Both the position numbers and the translations under genes were made by a program. From Mobula hypostoma (lineage: Eukaryota), in the NCBI RefSeq assembly GCF_963921235.1, contig NC_086108.1, positions 1,054,001 to 1,118,000 of the forward strand: a stretch of 64,000 nucleotides of DNA, given 5' to 3'. The first letter of the stretch is position 1. Each line of letters opens with the position of its first letter. The notes beneath the pieces were generated by a model that did not search any database, was not told where the DNA came from, and saw nothing but the letters and a program-made list of their open reading frames with translations. Shown piece by piece: positions 59,643 to 64,000 of this stretch.

Positions 59643-60099
59643 GTTGCGAGCATAGGCGGGTGTGTTGTGTTAGTGATGGTATTGGTAGCTCCGAGGCTGG
59701 AGGTGGGTTTTGGGGATCGCCACAGCCACGGACCGGCTCAGTCTGTACACCAGAACAAGCTGGGCAGTCACAGCCCCAGGGGATAAACCCAGGTCGTGTC
59801 ACGGGACCAAGTCATTGTGGTAAGTGCGGGTGGTCAGGGACACCATCTGTCAGTCCTACAGGCGGACAGTGGCACAGTGCATTCACAGTACAGTCAGCCG
59901 GCGATACAGCTGGCTAGTGGTACAACCGGTCAGTGAGACAGAAACGTGTATGGTTGGTGTCTGATACAGCTGTTCAGTGAAACGGTCAGACAGTGATAGT
60001 CAGCAATACAGTCGGCCAGTGTTAGACTTGGCCGGAGTAACGGGTGATCTGAGCAACATTTGGTCAGTGTTACAGGCCAGCGGCCAGCTCCACCACAGA

Positions 60100-60490
60100 C
60101 AAATATAAAGGTTTATTGAGAATGCCTACAAGAAAATGAATCTCAGGGTTGTATATGGTGATAATAAATTTACTTCGAACTTCGAACCCTCTTCACCATT
60201 GAGCATATCTTCAGAAAATGTTGCCACAGGAAGGCAGCATCTATCATTACGGACCCCCACCATTGGGGACATGCCCCCTTCTCATTGTTACCATCAGGAA
60301 GGAGGTACAGAAGCCTGGAGACAATGATTCAGGAAAAGCTTCTTCCCCTCTGCCATCAGATTTCTGAATGGACATTGAACCCACTTTTTGCACTAATATT
60401 TTGAAGTTCTTTTTGTAACTGATAGTATTGTTTATGTCTGACACTTCAAAACAACACACTTCACAGCATACGTCAGTGATAATGAAGCTG
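60100..60490 (+). mobile_element. Two Rex1/L2-type 3' fragments
   Basis: GATAATAAATTTACTTCGAACTTCGAA tail, then CCATCAGGAAGGAGGTACAG...CTTCCCCTCTGCCATC, as at 24063-24135. Confidence 0.7.
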
Positions 60491-60540
60491 GCCCTGCTCA
60501 GTGTAACAGTTCGTCAGTCATATGGTCAGCCAGTAATATA

Positions 60541-61493
60541 CAGTACTGTGCAAAAGTCTTAGCCACTTTTACAGATAGTTAGGGAGTCTAACAACTTTGC
60601 ACAGTACTGCAGTAATTTGGGGTGTTGCACTGTAACCCCCCTCCGCACAAAAAAAAACAAATTTCATGACATGTGAGTGACGATAAACCTGATTCTGATA
60701 TGGGTCTCTATTGTGGACTGAGAGTGGGAAGAGGGCAGGGAGAGGGGAATCATGGTTGGGAAAAAGAGGAAGGGAGAGGAGAGGGAGCGGGAAGCACCGG
60801 AGAGACATTCTGTAATGATCAATAAATTAATTGTTTGGAATCAAACAACCTCACCTGGTATTTACCAGGATGCTGCCTGGTTCAGAGAGTATGCATTATG
60901 ATCAGAGATTAAGGGAGCTAGGGCTTTACTCTTTGGAGAGAAGGAGGATGAGAGGAGACATGATAGAGGTGTACAAGATAATAAGAGGAATAGATAGAGT
61001 GGATAGCCAGCGCCTCTTCCCCAGGGCACCACTGCTCAATACAAGAGGACATGGCTTTAAGGTAAGGGGTGGGAAGTTCAAGGGGGATATTAGAGGAAGG
61101 TTTTTTACTCAGAGAGTGGTTGGTGTGTGGAATGCACTGCCTGAGTCAGTGGTGGAGGCAGATACACTCGTGAAGTTTAAGAGACTACTAGACAGGTATA
61201 TGGAGGAATCTAAGGTGGGGGGTTATATGGGAGGCAGGGTTTGAGGGTCGGCACAACATTGTGGGCCAAAGGGCCTGCACTGTGCTGTACTATTCTATGT
61301 CTATATGTATCTCAGGGCCGGGTGTGTCTGCACCCCGGCACCTGGCACTCCTTCTCTGCCACCTGTCCCACACCCCTCCTGTGGCACTCCACCCTCACCA
61401 GTCTCAACATCCTTTGTTCCCGGCCTGCTCGCTGCTCATTTTGACAAATACAGTACTGTGCAAATGTCTTAGACACCCTAGATATATATATAT
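60541..61493 (+). mobile_element. Composite element bracketed by Tc1-like mini-MITEs, independent copy
   Basis: Palindromic 69-bp unit at 60541-60609 (CAGTACTGTGCAAA...TTTGCACAGTACTG) preceded by TA. Second TIR at 61451 followed by (TA)n. Confidence 0.75.
60860..61305 (+). mobile_element. CR1 3' fragment nested in the composite element
   Basis: Open ORF 60831-61244 FTRMLPG...RGDMIEVYK...WNALP plus 3' UTR. Confidence 0.9.
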
Positions 61494-61805
61494 GGAAAAT
61501 ACTTTAGTGGAAAAGTATTGTAGAGAGCATTGATTCTGTTGATTACCGATGCCATGGGAGGCGGGAGGGCTTTAGGGTATGGATGTTTCTTTCATTCATT
61601 CTAGGGGGTTTCTTGTGAAGAGTAAGAATTTCAGGTTGTATACTATATACGTTCTCTGATATTACATAGAACCACTGGAACCATCGTTACTGATCCAATG
61701 AGCCCATGTTGCAGGGGGAGCTGTTTATTTATTTAGCAATACAATAGGTCCTTCGCAACCCACAATTGAATCCTTGGCCTAATCATGGGACAATTTACAA
61801 TGAAC

Positions 61806-62170
61806 ATGAGGTATACAAAATTATGAGGGGTATAGATAGTGTAAATGCAAGCAGGTTTTTGCCACTGAGGTTGGGTGGGACTACAACCAGAGGTCATGAG
61901 TTAAGGGTTAAAGGGGAAAAGTTTAAGGGCAACATGAGGGAAAACTTCTTCGCTCAGAGGATCATGAGAGTGTGGAACAAGCTGCCAGCACAAGTGGTGC
62001 ATGTGAGCTCCATTTTAACGTTTGAGAGAAGTTTGGATAGGTATATGGGTGGTAGGGGTACGGAGGGCTATGGTCCCAGGGCAGGTTGATGGGAGTAGGC
62101 AGTTTAAATGGTTCAGCATGGACTAGATGGGCTGAAGGGTCTGTTTCTGTGCTGTACTTTCCTATGACTC
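61806..62170 (+). mobile_element. CR1 3' fragment (same family as 25227-25587)
   Basis: ORF 61766-62089 EVYKIMRG...WNKLP. Confidence 0.88.
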
Positions 62171-63011
62171 TGTGACCAATTAACCTACTAACTGGTACAT
62201 CTTTGGACTGTTGGAGGAAACTGGAGCACCCTGAGGAAACCCACACATTTTAGGGGAGGACGTACAAACTCCTTACGAAGGACGCTGGAAATGAACTACA
62301 AGCTCGGACACTCCCAGCGGCACTAACCGCCAGGCCACCATGGTGCTGTCGGTGATCTGCTTTGATGGTACAGACAGCCAGCACTGTCCGTGAAAGCCGA
62401 GGACAGGGACAGTTGGTCAGAGGTACAAAAACATGAGGTAGTGAGGAGGCAGTGAAGCCTCTGATGAGGTTCCTCTAGCCTGTCGAGGGCAGCCAGCCTG
62501 ACCAGCCGTGTTCTGCATTAGGAAGGTTCTTTCTTCTTCTGACCTGAGTGCTTCCTTCCTCAGTCTGGGGTTGGGGGGGGCGTCAGATGTTCAACAGTGC
62601 TTGGGAGGGTGGACGACAGAGGAAGACGAGGTGTGTCTCAGATCCCTCGGTGGGGGGAGGGGGGGTAGACGTTGCTCACTGTACCTGACAGCTTGGTGAC
62701 CCACATGTTGCCTGGGTTGCTGCCGGTCTGGTCAATGCAGACAGTCTGACCCACTGCTCTCAATCTCTTGACCTGCGTAAAGGAGAGAGGTCAAAGCCCC
62801 TCAGGTAAACAGGAACATCTGCTTTTCAGAGAGGTTCCTTTCATAGGAGGGGCAGGGCAGGAGGGGGAAGGGTCTTCTTCTGCATAGGGAGCACAAGTGA
62901 AACATCTCTACAGGTATACTCGCTGATGAATCACGTGAGTCTCACTCCCATGAGTATAACCCAGATGGCTCGTCGGCCCGAGATGCCTTACGCTGAAGGA
63001 GTAATCATTCT

Positions 63012-63410
63012 GTAGAGTCATTGAACACGACAGCACAGAAACAGGCTCTTCAGCCCATATAGTCCATGCCAATCTATTATTTTGCCTAGTCCCATAGACC
63101 TGCATCCAGACCATAGCCCTTCATACCCCTCACATCCATGTAACTTCTCTTAAATGTTGAAATCAACCCCACATCCACCACAGTTCATCCCACACTCCCA
63201 CTAGAAGAACCTCCCCCTCATGTTCTGCTTAAACATTTAACCTTTCACCCTTAACCTATGACCTCTGGTTGGAGTCTCACCCAACCTCAGTGGAAAAAAA
63301 CCTGCTTGTATTTAGCCTACCCCTCATAATTTTGTACGCCTCTATCAAATCTCCCCTCATTCTCCTATGCTCCAGCAAATAAAGTTACTCAACCTTTCCC
63401 AATAACTCAC
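63012..63410 (-). mobile_element. Old CR1 3' fragment
   Basis: Minus-strand UTR GGGCTGAAGAGCCTGTTTCTGTGCTG and TRGH region. Confidence 0.8.
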
Positions 63411-63414
63411 GCCC

Positions 63415-64000
63415 AGCAGACAAGGTGAAGGAGAATTCTAAGGACTTCTACAGCTATGTTAAGAGTGAAAGGTTTGCGAAGGACAATCATGGACCCTATA
63501 CAGATTACAGAGGAGGAGGTGTTTGCTGTCTTGAGGTAAATTAGGGTGGATACGCCCTCAGATCCTGACGAGGTGCTCCCTTGGACCCTGTGGGAGAGAA
63601 GTGTGGAAGTTGCAGGGGCCCTAATGGAGATATTTAGTGACAGATGAGGTACCAGGGAATTGGAGGGTAGCTAATGTTGTTCCACTGTTTAAGAAAGGCT
63701 CTAGGAATAAACCAGGAAATTATAGGCCGATGAGCCTGACATCAGTAGTGGCGAAGTTACTGGAAGGTATTCTAAGTGACCGGATGTGAATATTTCGATA
63801 GTCAGCAAGTTTCTAACCAATCTTGTGGAGTTTTTTGAGGAAGTTACCAGGAAAGTGGATGAAGGCAAAGCAGTGGACTTTAGTAAGGCATTTGACAAAG
63901 TCCTGCGTGGCAGTTTGCTCGAGAAGGTTCAGTGGCTCGGCACTCGGGATGAGGTAGTTAATTGGATTAGACATTGGCTTCATGGGAGAAACCAGAGAGT
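63415..64000 (+). mobile_element. Degenerate CR1 ORF2 fragment running off the window
   Basis: WRVANVVPLFKKG, PGNYRP.SLTSVV and DFSKAFDKV readable at nucleotide level. Confidence 0.88.

Overview
Repeat-dense, non-bacterial DNA, most likely from a vertebrate. The repeat types suggest a cartilaginous fish, but that is inference. I recognise no host protein-coding gene. Bases 1-21 kb are nested CR1 LINEs of several families, including two near-full-length copies of one young family in inverted orientation (3803-7918 +, 14945-18897 -), plus SINEs and Rex1/RTE relics. A 9.08 kb block (22667-31746) repeats almost exactly across a 200-N gap (31947-41025), probably a false duplication. It carries a Chapaev3-like transposon relic, Penelope-type hammerhead ribozyme relics and a MITE-bracketed composite element. 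Bases 41066-58971 are a 17.9 kb strand-pure (GGGTGT)n/GGGACGT satellite with internal higher-order blocks. The best lead is the CR1 ORF1/ORF2 junction. A correctly phased U_UUA_AAC slippery heptamer sits directly before the ORF1 stop, ORF2 is in the -1 frame, and ORF2 has no AUG until deep inside the endonuclease domain. This points to -1 programmed ribosomal frameshifting.
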